DNA of 64,000 nt from Minisyncoccia bacterium (lineage in GTDB: Bacteria; Patescibacteriota; Minisyncoccia; Phycocordibacterales; UBA918). The notes beneath the pieces were generated by a model, which ran no database searches, had not been told where the DNA came from, and saw only the letters and a list, made by a program, of their open reading frames with translations. Positions 41,949 through 51,742 of the stretch are shown here, piece by piece. Both the position numbers and the translations under genes were made by a program. The first letter of the stretch is position 1. Every line of letters begins with the position of its first letter. The stretch is from positions 171,446-235,445 of the forward strand of contig JBKBPM010000001.1 in the NCBI GenBank assembly GCA_046293175.1, read 5' to 3'.

Positions 41949-42569
41949 ATGCTCGCTCACCACGCTCTCCTAGAAATCACCCCGCAGCGTACGGAAGCAA
42001 TTTCTCGTTACAAAGCGGAAGTCGACCAAGCAGTCGAGGTGATTGTGTACGAGGTTGAATCTCTCACCATAGAAGACGTCAGGTACCTCAATACGCTCGC
42101 GTACCAAACACCCGGTTCATATGAGAGTCGCACGATTGTGATAGCGGCACGGGTCATTAACCGTGAGGCACAGCACGCGCTTTTGAAGATGCTCGAGGAG
42201 CCACCAAAGACCACCGCGTTTTATATAATTCTCCCGTCTATTGCGAGTTTGTTACCAACTGTGCTGTCGCGCGTAATAATAGTTGCTAGTGATACCGTTG
42301 TAGATAATGGACACCCCCTCTTTGTTGCTTTTATAGAGGGAGCTCTCAACGCTCGTCTTGATATGATAGCTGATATCGGCAAGCGAAAAGCTGATGAGGA
42401 CTATGATTCACTCTACGATGGACTGGTTGCGTATGTATCGCAGGTGAGTGATCCACACGCACTGACAGCAATTGAGTCCGCGTTACGCTTTTTGCGCCAA
42501 AAAGGGGCCGCGAAGAAGATGATTTGGGAACATCTGGCACTTACGCTGCCGGTCAAAGCAAAGAGATAA
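41949..42569 (+). CDS. holB: DNA polymerase III delta-prime-like clamp-loader subunit (short)
   Basis: The LLKMLEEPP and LPTVLSRV motifs match the clamp-loader SRC/sensor regions. No intact P-loop is present. Confidence 0.55.
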   Translation: MLAHHALLEITPQRTEAISRYKAEVDQAVEVIVYEVESLTIEDVRYLNTLAYQTPGSYESRTIVIAARVINREAQHALLKMLEEPPKTTAFYIILPSIASLLPTVLSRVIIVASDTVVDNGHPLFVAFIEGALNARLDMIADIGKRKADEDYDSLYDGLVAYVSQVSDPHALTAIESALRFLRQKGAAKKMIWEHLALTLPVKAKR

Positions 42570-42573
42570 ATTG

Positions 42574-42582
42574 TGGTATACT
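42574..42582 (+). promoter_or_regulatory. extended -10 TGgTATACT upstream of frr
   Basis: TGGTATACT lies 33 nt upstream of the frr ATG. Confidence 0.35.
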
Positions 42583-42615
42583 CAGGTTCAATCTAGTAGT
42601 AGTTAGACTTTATAT

Positions 42616-43158
42616 ATGGATGAGACTGAAAAAAAACGATTTACTGATATTGTCGAATGGCTCGATAAAGAATTTTCGACGATTCGCACCGGGCAAGCGA
42701 CTCCAACCCTCCTTGATGGTGTACGTGTTGAAAGTTATGGCACTCTGTTACCGCTCAATCAGGTAGGTTCTGTGGGTATTGAAGATGCACGTACCTTGCG
42801 TATTTCACCTTGGGATGCGTCGCAGGTAAAGGCGGTAGAAAAGGCGATTATAGATGCCAACCTTGGTTTGTCAGTTATGGCGGACAGTGCCGGTGTACGC
42901 GTTATTTTCCCAGAACTAACCGGCGAACGTCGTCAGCAGCTAGTGAAGCTCGCCAAGAGTAAACTTGAAGATGCCCGGGTGTCGGTTAAGGCCGTGCGAG
43001 ATGACATCATGAAAGCGATTGATGCTGCTGAAAAGTCTGGTGAGATGAGTCAAGACGACAAATTTATAGCAAAAGAAGAAGCACAAAAAGTTGTGGATGC
43101 GACCAACCGTGCACTTGAAGCCCGATTTGCGGAAAAGGAAGTTGAAATTAGTCGCTAG
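42616..43158 (+). CDS. frr: ribosome recycling factor
   Basis: The protein is RRF-like over its full length (...LPLNQVGSVGIEDARTLRISPWD...). Confidence 0.9.
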   Translation: MDETEKKRFTDIVEWLDKEFSTIRTGQATPTLLDGVRVESYGTLLPLNQVGSVGIEDARTLRISPWDASQVKAVEKAIIDANLGLSVMADSAGVRVIFPELTGERRQQLVKLAKSKLEDARVSVKAVRDDIMKAIDAAEKSGEMSQDDKFIAKEEAQKVVDATNRALEARFAEKEVEISR

Positions 43159-43176
43159 TAATTAACCATCCCTATC

Positions 43177-44271
43177 ATGACCATTTTGATCTTTCTCGCT
43201 GTTCTTGTCGTACTTATCTTAGTGCATGAGTGGGGGCATTTTATAACGGCCAAGTGGACGGGGATGCGCGTGGATGAGTTTGGAATTGGCTTTCCACCAA
43301 AGCTCTTTTCGTGGCGCAAGGGTGAGACGGTGTATTCACTTAATGCGCTTCCAATCGGCGGTTTTGTAAAAATTCTAGGTGAAAACGGCGATGGCGATGG
43401 GGAAGTCTTGTCTGTTGCTGATCAGGTCCGTACCTTTAGTGCCAGACCAAAGTGGGCACAGGCTGTTGTGCTTGTGGCCGGTGTGACGATGAACATCTTG
43501 TTGGCGTGGGTGGTTCTGGTGGCTATCCTGATGGTCGGGACAGATGTCCGAGTGGGGTCTGATTCGGTCGCGCCTGATGCGCCACTTTTAATCCTTGGCG
43601 CTGTACCTGGCAGTCCAGCAGAAGATGTGCCACTGAAGGCGACTATTATCTCGGCGGCGCGTGGGGAAGAGACACTTACGACTCCAACCCCTGAATCGTT
43701 TCGCGAATTTGTGACAGCTGGTAATGGTGCACCAATTACGCTCACGTATCAGGCTGGTGAGACAAAATCAACAGTCACGCTGACACCAGAGCGTGGCGTC
43801 GACCCAAGCAATCCTGATGTCGCCATCCTTGGTATTGATACCGGTTATCTCGAAAACCAGCGCTACAGTTTTGGCCCGGCCCTGGTAGAAGGAACCAAGC
43901 AGACCGTGTATATGCTTAAGGCCATTACGGTTGGTCTCATAACCCTCCTTGGTAATGCAATTGTGGGCGAAGCCGACTTCTCGCAAGTGACCGGTCCGGT
44001 TGGTATTGTTGAGCATGTCGGTACCGCAGCCGCTTTTGGTTTTACCTCATTATTGTACTTCACCGCGGTGATATCACTGAACCTCGCGGTCATTAACCTC
44101 CTCCCAGTACCCGCGCTTGATGGGGGAAGACTGGTTTTTGTGGCGATTGAAGCCATCACGAAGCGTCCAATTAACCCTGTCTGGGTTGGACGCCTCAACC
44201 TCCTTGGCTTTGCAGCGTTGATGCTTTTAATGGTGGTAGTCACTTATAACGACATCCTTAAGTTGTTCTAA
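43177..44271 (+). CDS. rseP: RIP metalloprotease RseP (site-2 protease, M50 family)
   Basis: The HEWGHF zinc motif sits in TM1. The LDGG motif is present near the C-terminus, and the central region is PDZ-like. Confidence 0.85.
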   Translation: MTILIFLAVLVVLILVHEWGHFITAKWTGMRVDEFGIGFPPKLFSWRKGETVYSLNALPIGGFVKILGENGDGDGEVLSVADQVRTFSARPKWAQAVVLVAGVTMNILLAWVVLVAILMVGTDVRVGSDSVAPDAPLLILGAVPGSPAEDVPLKATIISAARGEETLTTPTPESFREFVTAGNGAPITLTYQAGETKSTVTLTPERGVDPSNPDVAILGIDTGYLENQRYSFGPALVEGTKQTVYMLKAITVGLITLLGNAIVGEADFSQVTGPVGIVEHVGTAAAFGFTSLLYFTAVISLNLAVINLLPVPALDGGRLVFVAIEAITKRPINPVWVGRLNLLGFAALMLLMVVVTYNDILKLF

Positions 44272-44321
44272 CGGGGTCACAAAACCCACCGTGACTTTGT
44301 TGCGTTGCGCTCGTCAACGTT

Positions 44322-44347
44322 CAATGTACAACCACGTACACCTCACA
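44322..44347. repeat. copy 4 of the recurring GTACA-N5-GTACACCTCA motif
   Basis: CAATGTACAACCACGTACACCTCACA lies between rseP and the yerC-like gene. Confidence 0.5.
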
Positions 44348-44444
44348 TTGACTCGCTAACGCGTCTCGTCACAACGCTTTTTGAGACCACTTCAGCGCAC
44401 AGTTGTCGTATTTTTATAAATGAAAGCTTACGAGTAAGCAAAAA

Positions 44445-44468
44445 CTTTCTATCATACATGATAGAAAG
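44445..44468. promoter_or_regulatory. operator-like palindrome 1 (CTTTCTATCATACATGATAGAAAG)
   Basis: A 24-nt palindrome with a one-base central mismatch. It sits 64 nt upstream of the yerC-like start. Confidence 0.5.
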
Positions 44469-44500
44469 TTTTTGCTTCAAATACTAAATTTTTATCGGTT

Positions 44501-44529
44501 TTTCATTTATCATATATGATAGAATGAAA
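44501..44529. promoter_or_regulatory. operator-like palindrome 2 (TTTCATTTATCATATATGATAGAATGAAA)
   Basis: It has the same ATCATATATGAT core as the other three. It ends 3 nt before the yerC-like ATG. Confidence 0.5.
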
Positions 44530-44531
44530 TC

Positions 44532-44951
44532 ATGAAAAGAAAGCCCAGTGATCTATCAGCAGCCGATCAACTTTTTACACGTAAGATACTATTTGAAGCA
44601 GCAAAAACTGCCAAAACAAATAAACAGCTAGAGAAATTTTTAGAAGGCCTCTTAACGCCAAGCGAACAGATTATGCTTGGGCGAAGAATCTGGATTTCGC
44701 GTATGCTCCTTGAGCAAAAGCGGTATGATGAAATTGGCGCACGTCTTCATGTTGGTCCGAATACCGTTACAAAAATCGAGCTATGGTTACGTGGTTTACT
44801 TCCTGATTATGGTAAGTATCTCGAGAAGGAAGTTAAAGTTGAAACAATCAAAAGACGTAAACGCATGGCAAAAGAAAACCCTTATGGTCTCACTGCTCTA
44901 AAAATGAAATATCCAATGCATTTCCTCCTCTTTCCCTGGCCAAAAGGCTGA
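44532..44951 (+). CDS. yerC: TrpR-like DNA-binding protein, YerC/YecD family
   Basis: The 139-aa product matches the YerC/YecD pattern: ...LEGLLTPSEQIMLGRRIWISRMLLEQKRYDEIGARLHVGPNTVTKIELWL... Confidence 0.6.
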   Translation: MKRKPSDLSAADQLFTRKILFEAAKTAKTNKQLEKFLEGLLTPSEQIMLGRRIWISRMLLEQKRYDEIGARLHVGPNTVTKIELWLRGLLPDYGKYLEKEVKVETIKRRKRMAKENPYGLTALKMKYPMHFLLFPWPKG

Positions 44952-44955
44952 TTCT

Positions 44956-44979
44956 CTTTCTATCATATATGATAGAAAG
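44956..44979. promoter_or_regulatory. operator-like palindrome 3 (perfect CTTTCTATCATATATGATAGAAAG)
   Basis: A perfect 24-nt palindrome that starts 5 nt after the yerC-like stop codon. Confidence 0.5.
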
Positions 44980-45004
44980 ACCCCGTGTTAGTTTTTTAGT
45001 TGAA

Positions 45005-45034
45005 TTTTCATTCTATCATATATGATAAAATGAA
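45005..45034. promoter_or_regulatory. operator-like palindrome 4 (TTTTCATTCTATCATATATGATAAAATGAA)
   Basis: It has the same core as the others, with one mismatch. Confidence 0.45.
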
Positions 45035-45098
45035 TGAGAGCATAGAAGCCCTTGAATAATGGGCGAGCGGGGGATATATAAATAATATAACGAAAAAA

Positions 45099-45147
45099 CC
45101 AACCGAAGGTTTTTCGGTTGGTGGTGGGGCGGGCTTTCGGCCCGCCC
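45099..45147. terminator. tandem hairpins between convergent genes (bidirectional terminator region)
   Basis: CCAACCGAA-GGTTT-TTCGGTTGG and GGGCGGGC-TTTC-GCCCGCCC form two hairpins. An A6 run precedes the first, giving a T-run on the minus strand. Confidence 0.5.
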
Positions 45148-45155
45148 AAACCATT

Positions 45156-45611
45156 TCACGGTTTCGTCTGCAGAACTCTGTCGGAGTGCTTCAAAAGCCC
45201 GTCGACCATTATTTGCTCCTCGAGGAGGGCTTTCATTCCATAGACCGAAAAGCGTATGAGAGAGTACTCATCGACGGTCATCATGGCATCAAAACATTCG
45301 ATCGCCTCTTGGCAACGATGTGCCCAGGCAATCACAGCAGCATCGGCCGCCGCCAGTTCGGTATCGAGAGCCTTGACCAGAGAAGCCATTTTCACCGGGA
45401 TTTCTTCCTGTTCGAGGAGTAGTGCCTCGCGGATTGAGACATCACCCTCATAGGTAGCGATTTGTTCGGAAAGATTTTCTTGCCTCTCGACGAGGTGTTG
45501 CACCTCATCGACTACAGCGCTGAGGCTGTCAAGCGACGGTGGGTCCTCTGCCTGTGCCGGCAGTACTGCAGTCGCAAGCAGAGTCAAGGCCAATATAATC
45601 TTGCAGATCAT
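45156..45611 (-). CDS. secreted hypothetical protein
   Basis: A signal peptide MICKIILALTLLATAVLPAQA is present. The rest is Glu/Leu-rich and predicted helical. Confidence 0.4.
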   Translation of the reverse strand: MICKIILALTLLATAVLPAQAEDPPSLDSLSAVVDEVQHLVERQENLSEQIATYEGDVSIREALLLEQEEIPVKMASLVKALDTELAAADAAVIAWAHRCQEAIECFDAMMTVDEYSLIRFSVYGMKALLEEQIMVDGLLKHSDRVLQTKP

Positions 45612-45936
45612 GGTCAGCTACTCCCTTTAGTTGTTCAAACATGTCCTCCGCTGAGGCTCCGTTCATATATCAGCACGATTAAAACTATATGTCAATTAAG
45701 TATGCGAAATATTTTGGCCATTGATTGGGGGATGTGGTACACTTCAAATACTTATTCGGAGGTAATTTTACCTTCCCGAATTAACCATTTCACACACCAA
45801 AGTAATCTTTTGGCAGCAAAACTACGCTTCGTCCTCACCATATCTCGATATGACTCGGACTCCAGCTTGTTTTTCGCTCAAAATATTACTTGGTGTTATA
45901 GTGAAAGCGTTAATTAGGGAAGGTAGTAGGATTTTT

Positions 45937-47199
45937 ATGCGCCAATCAAAACTCTTCACGAAGACAAAAAAGGAAGTACCAGCCGACGAGACGTCAAAGA
46001 ACGCTCAGCTCTTGCTGCAAGCGGGCTTTATCTACAAAAACATGGCCGGAGTGTATACTTTCTTGCCACTTGGTCTTCGGGTGATCGAAAAAATCAACAC
46101 GATTATTCGTCGTGAAATGGCAGCTATTGGTACCCAAGAAATGTACATGCCGAGTCTCCAAAACCCCGAACTCTGGAAGAAGAGTAATCGCTGGAGTGAT
46201 GAGTTGGTTGACGTGTGGTTCAAATCTGAGCTGCGCGCTGGTGGCGACGTCGGTTTTGCTTGGACGCATGAAGAGGTGATCACTGATGTAATGCGTCAAT
46301 ACGTGTCATCCTACAAAGATCTCCCATTTGCGGCGTACCACATTCAGACCAAGTTCCGTAATGAGATGCGCGCGAAGAGTGGCATCATGCGTACCCGTGA
46401 GTTTTGGATGAAAGACGCTTACTCCTTCTCAGCGGATGAAGCGCAACACAATGCCTACTACGAAGCCTGTGCGGAAGCCTATATGCGTATCTTTAATGAG
46501 ATTGGTATCGGTAACAAAACGTACAAGACTTTTGCCTCCGGTGGCGCTTTCACTAAGTTCTCGCATGAATTCCAGACCCTCGCTGAAGCCGGTGAGGATA
46601 TTGTGTATGTCTGTGAAGAGAAGGGTATCGCGGTGAATGCCGAAGTTTTGGCGGATGCGGATCTGAGCGAACTGGGTGTCACTCGCGAGGAGCTTATCGA
46701 ACGTAAGAGTATTGAAGTGGGAAATATCTTCTCTCTTGGTACCAAGTTCTCTGAAGCAATTGGATTGATGTTCAAAGATGAGGCTGGGACTGAGCGACCC
46801 GTTATTATGGGCTCATACGGTATTGGTCCCGCCCGGGCGATGGGAACCGTCGTTGATTTGCTTAGTGACGAGAAGGGTATTGTCTGGCCAAAGAGTATTG
46901 CGCCGTACCTCGTTCACCTCGTTGCACTTAATAACGAAGAAGGCGAAATCCGTGACTGGGCTGATGGTCTTTATGCGAACCTGCAGGCGGCAGGAGTTGA
47001 AGTCCTTTACGATGACCGTGATGCCCGTGCCGGTGAGAAGTTTGCTGACAGTGACCTTATTGGTCTCCCATACCGCGTGGTTGTGAGTAAGAAGGGTAAA
47101 GCTGAAGGTCTCTACGAAGTCGTCGAACGTGTAACCGGTGAGGTGAAGAAAGTAAGTGAAACCGAACTTTTTGCACTCCTTGGAGTCGCCACTGTCTAG
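45937..47199 (+). CDS. proS: prolyl-tRNA synthetase (compact form lacking the editing insertion)
   Basis: The N-terminus MRQSKLFTKTKKE and class II aaRS motifs (e.g. FRNEMRAKSGIMRTREFWMKDAYSF) are present, with a C-terminal anticodon-binding domain. The start is the internal ATG of ORF 45850..47199. Confidence 0.9.
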   Translation: MRQSKLFTKTKKEVPADETSKNAQLLLQAGFIYKNMAGVYTFLPLGLRVIEKINTIIRREMAAIGTQEMYMPSLQNPELWKKSNRWSDELVDVWFKSELRAGGDVGFAWTHEEVITDVMRQYVSSYKDLPFAAYHIQTKFRNEMRAKSGIMRTREFWMKDAYSFSADEAQHNAYYEACAEAYMRIFNEIGIGNKTYKTFASGGAFTKFSHEFQTLAEAGEDIVYVCEEKGIAVNAEVLADADLSELGVTREELIERKSIEVGNIFSLGTKFSEAIGLMFKDEAGTERPVIMGSYGIGPARAMGTVVDLLSDEKGIVWPKSIAPYLVHLVALNNEEGEIRDWADGLYANLQAAGVEVLYDDRDARAGEKFADSDLIGLPYRVVVSKKGKAEGLYEVVERVTGEVKKVSETELFALLGVATV

Positions 47200-47200
47200 T

Positions 47201-48277
47201 ATGGCTAAAATGTCGCGCCTCATCCAGAAGATTCTCGGATCTTTCTCAACCGACATTGGTATCGATCTTGGTACCGCCAATACCCTCTTGTATGTCAAAG
47301 GCAAGGGGATTGTTCTTAATGAACCAACGATTGTGGCCGTTAACAAAAAAACGGGACAACTCGTCGCGGTTGGGAATGAGGCCCGGGTGATGCAAGGCCG
47401 CACTCCGAGTCATATCGAAGTGGTGCGTCCACTGGTTGATGGCGTGATTTCAGACTTTGAGGTGACCGAAGAAATGCTCGCGTACCTTATCAACAAAGTG
47501 CGGAGTGAAATGCGTACCTTTATTGCTCCGCGTGTGTTGGTTGGTGTGCCATCAGGAATTACAAACGTGGAAATGCGGGCCGCCCGAGATGCTGCTCGCA
47601 ACGCCGGAGCGCGCGAAGTCTTTCTCATCGAAGAACCAATGGCCGCCGCCATTGGTGCAAAGCTCCCAATTGGCAAAGCGGCTGGTAACATGATTATTGA
47701 TATTGGTGGTGGAACAACTGATATTGCGGTCATCTCTATCAACGGTATCGTTGTGGCCAAAAATCTCCGGGTCGCCGGTGACCATCTCACTGCCGCTATC
47801 ATGTCGTACATCCGCGACCAGTTTAAGGTGTATGTCGGGGAAAAAACGGCCGAAGACGTGAAAATTCTTCTCGCTGCTATCGAAGCACCCGAAGGTGGGA
47901 AGGAGCATGTGGTGCGTGGTCGTGATGTGATTACCGGCCTTCCACGCGAAGTGGTTATCACCGATAGTGATGTCCGTGACGCCATAGCTTCACAAGTAGA
48001 CACTATCGTGGAGTCGGTTCGCGGTGTCCTTGAACAAACACCACCCGAGGTGATGGCTGACATTATGCAGCGTGGTATACATATATCAGGTGGTGGGGCA
48101 CTAATCCCAGGCCTCAAGCAACTCCTTGAAGAAGTGCTTGAAGTCCCCGTCATCATTGTTCCAGACCCCCTGCGGGCTGTCATCCGAGGCGCTGGTATCG
48201 TCATCGAAAACTTAGAACTCTATGAAGAATTACTTATCGACAAAGAAGGGGAGCTCTCGCCAAACCTCCTTACCTAA
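47201..48277 (+). CDS. mreB: rod shape-determining protein MreB
   Basis: The actin-like ATPase carries DIGIDLGTANTLLYVKGKGIVLNEPT and IIDIGGGTTDIAVIS. Confidence 0.9.
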   Translation: MAKMSRLIQKILGSFSTDIGIDLGTANTLLYVKGKGIVLNEPTIVAVNKKTGQLVAVGNEARVMQGRTPSHIEVVRPLVDGVISDFEVTEEMLAYLINKVRSEMRTFIAPRVLVGVPSGITNVEMRAARDAARNAGAREVFLIEEPMAAAIGAKLPIGKAAGNMIIDIGGGTTDIAVISINGIVVAKNLRVAGDHLTAAIMSYIRDQFKVYVGEKTAEDVKILLAAIEAPEGGKEHVVRGRDVITGLPREVVITDSDVRDAIASQVDTIVESVRGVLEQTPPEVMADIMQRGIHISGGGALIPGLKQLLEEVLEVPVIIVPDPLRAVIRGAGIVIENLELYEELLIDKEGELSPNLLT

Positions 48278-49181
48278 AGGGGTACGGATTACGGTACTTC
48301 TCCTGATTGCTGGACTGGTGCTTTTGTATATTCTGCCAAAGCTTGTTTTTGGCGTGGTCTCGGTTGTGCTTTATCCCTTTGAGTCGATGCGGTCATGGAT
48401 TCTTGAGTCACAGGATTCACTTCCATATTATTTGCGCGATCGCTACGAACTCATCAAACATATTGAAGAGCTAGAACAAAAAGTCGCCGTTAGTGGTGGT
48501 ACCGAAAACACTCTCACGAAACTGAAAACTGAAAACGAACAGTTCCGCCTTCTTTGTGAAGCGGTGCCAGATGAGCGCGTTATTGCTCGGGTAGTTGGTC
48601 GTCCGCCCAAACTTCCATACGATGTGGTGATGCTTGATCGTGGAAAAGACCATGGCGTAGTCGAAGAAGCGCCAGTGTTTGTAGGGAGTGACCAAATTAT
48701 TGGGTACGTCTCACGGGTGTACGAACGCACCTCACTCGTCACACTCGTATCAACCGCACAGTTTGAATCGATGGCGTACATCATTGGGCCGAATATTTAT
48801 ACTTATGCCCGTGGTGTCGGTGGGGGAATGATGCGGGTCGTCGTGCCTCAGGGTATTCCGTTGAATGTGGGTGATACGGTGATTTTGCCAGCGATTGATT
48901 CTGGTGTGTATGGCACTATTGCCTATATCGAGACTTCGCCAACCCAGCCAGAGCAATACGGTTATGTGCCGATGGCTAATAATCTTCAGAGTGTGCAGTA
49001 TGTGTCTGTAGGACGTGAGCCGATTGTGCCACATACCTATGAAGAAGCCGAAGAATTGGTCGATAATCTCCGGCACTCGCTCTTTGCAGTGAATCTGCCA
49101 CCAGGAGTTCTGGTGTCACCTGAACTCGCCAGTAGTACCATTAGTACACCATCAACGTCCAAAGCAACAACCACACCATAA
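48222..49181 (+). CDS. mreC: rod shape-determining protein MreC-like
   Basis: An N-terminal TM helix and coiled coil (IKHIEELEQKVA...NEQFRLL) precede a C-terminal beta domain. It lies immediately downstream of mreB. The start position is uncertain. Confidence 0.55.
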   Translation: MKNYLSTKKGSSRQTSLPKGVRITVLLLIAGLVLLYILPKLVFGVVSVVLYPFESMRSWILESQDSLPYYLRDRYELIKHIEELEQKVAVSGGTENTLTKLKTENEQFRLLCEAVPDERVIARVVGRPPKLPYDVVMLDRGKDHGVVEEAPVFVGSDQIIGYVSRVYERTSLVTLVSTAQFESMAYIIGPNIYTYARGVGGGMMRVVVPQGIPLNVGDTVILPAIDSGVYGTIAYIETSPTQPEQYGYVPMANNLQSVQYVSVGREPIVPHTYEEAEELVDNLRHSLFAVNLPPGVLVSPELASSTISTPSTSKATTTP

Positions 49182-49182
49182 T

Positions 49183-49446
49183 ATGTTCTCTTGGCCTCTT
49201 CGAATCATTATGTTTTTTGTTACAACACTCTGTTTTCTATACGGAGCGTATGTGGTTGGTCTTATTTTTGTTATTCTCCTCTCATTACAATATCGCGCCT
49301 ACGAATTTATAGCGCTCGCGTTCTGTATCGACTGTTACTTTTCGCCCGAGCCAATTATGTTTTGGTACACCACAGTAATTACCATTATGGTGTTTTTTGG
49401 GATTTTCCTGCAGCCGTTCATTCGTCGTAATGGACGGTATGAATAA
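49183..49446 (+). CDS. small polytopic membrane protein at the MreD position
   Basis: An 87-aa hydrophobic protein between mreC and mrdA. The assignment rests on synteny only. Confidence 0.3.
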   Translation: MFSWPLRIIMFFVTTLCFLYGAYVVGLIFVILLSLQYRAYEFIALAFCIDCYFSPEPIMFWYTTVITIMVFFGIFLQPFIRRNGRYE

Positions 49447-49451
49447 TAATT

Positions 49452-51152
49452 ATGTGGCGACGCAAAACACAACAAACTGTTGAGTTCGATGAAATCCTCA
49501 TGGATGTATCGAACCTCCCAGCCTTTAATACTGGTCGCCTTGAGGGACGACGCGAACTACCAATTACCAAGCGGAGTATCTTTCTCGTTGGTCTCATTTT
49601 TAGTTTTATTGCTCTTGCCTTTCTCTCAAAGATTTATAGTTTACAAATAGTGGAGGGTGCCAAGTACCGCGAGATTAGTGAAAACAACAGTCTCAATCGT
49701 ACCGTTATTATTGCTGAGCGAGGCGTCGTGTATGACCGTCGTGGTGAACTAGTGATTTGGAACGAGCCTGATTTTACAGGGCAATACTCGTTTCCTGTTC
49801 GGGCTTACACCGATCGTCTTGGTATGGGGCAACTCATTGGGTACGTGAGTTATCCGCAAAAAGATAAAAAGGGCGTCTACTACCGTACCGAGTACGTTGG
49901 CCGGACCGGGGTGGAAAGTGCATTTGAGTCATACTTGCGCGGCCAAAATGGCGAGCAGATAATCGAAGAGGATGTGCATGGCACCGTGGTGGGAGAATAC
50001 GCGCTTAAAGCGCCTGTGCCCGGCGGTGAACTGCATCTCTCGGTTGATGCGGGGCTCTCTGAGGCCATGTACCAGATTATTTCGACCTCCAGTGCCCAGG
50101 CTGGTTTCCGGAGTGGAGCGGGTGCCATTATGGATGTATATACCGGTGAGATTATCGCGATGACCAGTTTTCCATCTTATGACCCAGAGGTAATGGCCGA
50201 TGGCGACAATACCGATTTGATTTCGTCTTACAACACTGACGACCGCCTACCGTTCCTCAATAAGGTGGTGAGTGGTGTCTATACCCCAGGATCAATCGTA
50301 AAGCCGTTTGTGGCGTATGGAGCACTTGCCGAAGATATCATTAGTCCAAACAAAGAAATTGTTTCAACCGGTGAAATTGTTATTCCAAATCCATACAATC
50401 CCGATCAACCTTCGATTTTTCGTGACTGGCGCGCTCATGGAGTGATGACGATGCGTGAAGCAATTGCGTTTTCATCTAACGTTTATTTCTATATTGTCGG
50501 TGGTGGCTTTGGAGATCAAAAGGGACTGGGTATCACAAAGCTTGCTGAGTACTATCGCAAATTTGGGATGGGGAGTATCACCGGTATCAATCTAGCTACC
50601 GAACAAGAAGGGGTGGTGCCTGACCCAGAGTGGAAACAAAAAACCTTTAATGATGATTGGCGGCTTGGGGACACGTACTTCACCTCTATTGGGCAGTATG
50701 GCTTTCAGGTGACACCACTGCAGATGCTTCGAGCGTATGCTGCGCTCGCTAATGGTGGGAAACTCCTTACTCCACATGTCGTGAAGGGACAAGTGAGTTC
50801 TTCGACAGATCTCGGCTTAAATCCCAATTATCTAAAAATCATACACGAAGGTATGCGTAAGAGCGTGATCTTTCCTGGTGGTACGGCACGTGGTCTCGAA
50901 CGCAGTGATGTAGCGGTAGCGGCAAAATCTGGTACTGCCGAAATTGGTGCTGGTAACGCGTACGTGAATTCTTGGGCGGCTGGTTTTTGGCCATACGAAG
51001 AACCACGCTACGCTTTTATTCTCATGATGGATAAAGCGCCACGGAGTAATGCGCTTGGTGCGACTCGTATCATGGGTGGGGTAATGGAATGGATAGCGCA
51101 GAATCGACCGGAGTATCTAAACCCAACCAGTACGCCGATGGTAGGTGGATAA
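49452..51152 (+). CDS. mrdA: penicillin-binding protein 2 (elongasome transpeptidase)
   Basis: An N-terminal TM helix is followed by the three PBP boxes: SxxK (PGSIVKPF), SxN (FSSNVYF) and KTG (KSGTAE). Confidence 0.85.
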   Translation: MWRRKTQQTVEFDEILMDVSNLPAFNTGRLEGRRELPITKRSIFLVGLIFSFIALAFLSKIYSLQIVEGAKYREISENNSLNRTVIIAERGVVYDRRGELVIWNEPDFTGQYSFPVRAYTDRLGMGQLIGYVSYPQKDKKGVYYRTEYVGRTGVESAFESYLRGQNGEQIIEEDVHGTVVGEYALKAPVPGGELHLSVDAGLSEAMYQIISTSSAQAGFRSGAGAIMDVYTGEIIAMTSFPSYDPEVMADGDNTDLISSYNTDDRLPFLNKVVSGVYTPGSIVKPFVAYGALAEDIISPNKEIVSTGEIVIPNPYNPDQPSIFRDWRAHGVMTMREAIAFSSNVYFYIVGGGFGDQKGLGITKLAEYYRKFGMGSITGINLATEQEGVVPDPEWKQKTFNDDWRLGDTYFTSIGQYGFQVTPLQMLRAYAALANGGKLLTPHVVKGQVSSSTDLGLNPNYLKIIHEGMRKSVIFPGGTARGLERSDVAVAAKSGTAEIGAGNAYVNSWAAGFWPYEEPRYAFILMMDKAPRSNALGATRIMGGVMEWIAQNRPEYLNPTSTPMVGG

Positions 51153-51161
51153 GTCGCTGTG

Positions 51162-51189
51162 TTGACCATCACCCGGAAGTCCGTATAAT
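51162..51189 (+). promoter_or_regulatory. sigma70 promoter for greA (TTGACC-16-TATAAT)
   Basis: TTGACC at 51162-51167 is separated by a 16-nt spacer from TATAAT at 51184-51189. A second -10-like TATAAC (51206-51211) lies 7 nt before the ATG. Confidence 0.5.
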
Positions 51190-51218
51190 AGTGTTACATT
51201 ACTTGTATAACGTTCTAT

Positions 51219-51689
51219 ATGACTGACCAGCAATCGTTCCTTACTGCCGAAAAGTTCGCAGAATTGAAACAAGAACTCGACCACCTGAAGACTGTCCGCC
51301 GCAAAGAAGTGGCAGAGTCACTCGAATACGCTCGCAGTCTCGGTGACCTCTCAGAAAATGCTGAATACCAAGAAGCCCGTGATATGCAGGCTGCTATTGA
51401 GGAACGTATCACTCACCTCGAAAAAGTTATTAAAGAAGCGAAGATTGTCTCGCACGACAAGAAAGGTGACATCGTAGTTATGGGTTCTACCGTAACGATT
51501 GTGAAGGACAAAGAAAAAGATAGTCGCACCTACACAATGGTTGGTTCAGAAGAAGCGAACATCCACGAGCATAAGCTTTCATATCTCTCACCACTTGGTG
51601 AAGCTCTCATGGGGAAGGCGAAGGGTGATGAGTTTGTGTTTGAGACTCCAGCGGGCAAACAAAAGTACAAAGTACTTAAGGTCGAATAA
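51219..51689 (+). CDS. greA: transcription elongation factor GreA
   Basis: An N-terminal coiled coil containing SENAEYQEARDMQ is followed by a C-terminal FKBP-like domain. Confidence 0.9.
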   Translation: MTDQQSFLTAEKFAELKQELDHLKTVRRKEVAESLEYARSLGDLSENAEYQEARDMQAAIEERITHLEKVIKEAKIVSHDKKGDIVVMGSTVTIVKDKEKDSRTYTMVGSEEANIHEHKLSYLSPLGEALMGKAKGDEFVFETPAGKQKYKVLKVE

Positions 51690-51742
51690 CAGTTGTCCAT
51701 AAAATGTCCAGCTACGGTGTTGCACTACGCTCGACGTCAGTC

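Noticed and set aside
44440-45040. The yerC-like gene with its flanking palindromes as a miniature mobile element (IS/MITE)
   Set aside because: Each repeat is individually palindromic rather than forming terminal inverted repeats. There is no transposase and there are no target-site duplications. Operator sites are the simpler interpretation.
47410-48204. ORF 47410..48204 (-) of 264 aa inside mreB, and ORF 52193..53194 (-) of 333 aa inside lysS
   Set aside because: They are antisense to unambiguous MreB and LysRS coding sequence. Their Ser/Arg/Thr-rich composition is typical of shadow ORFs.
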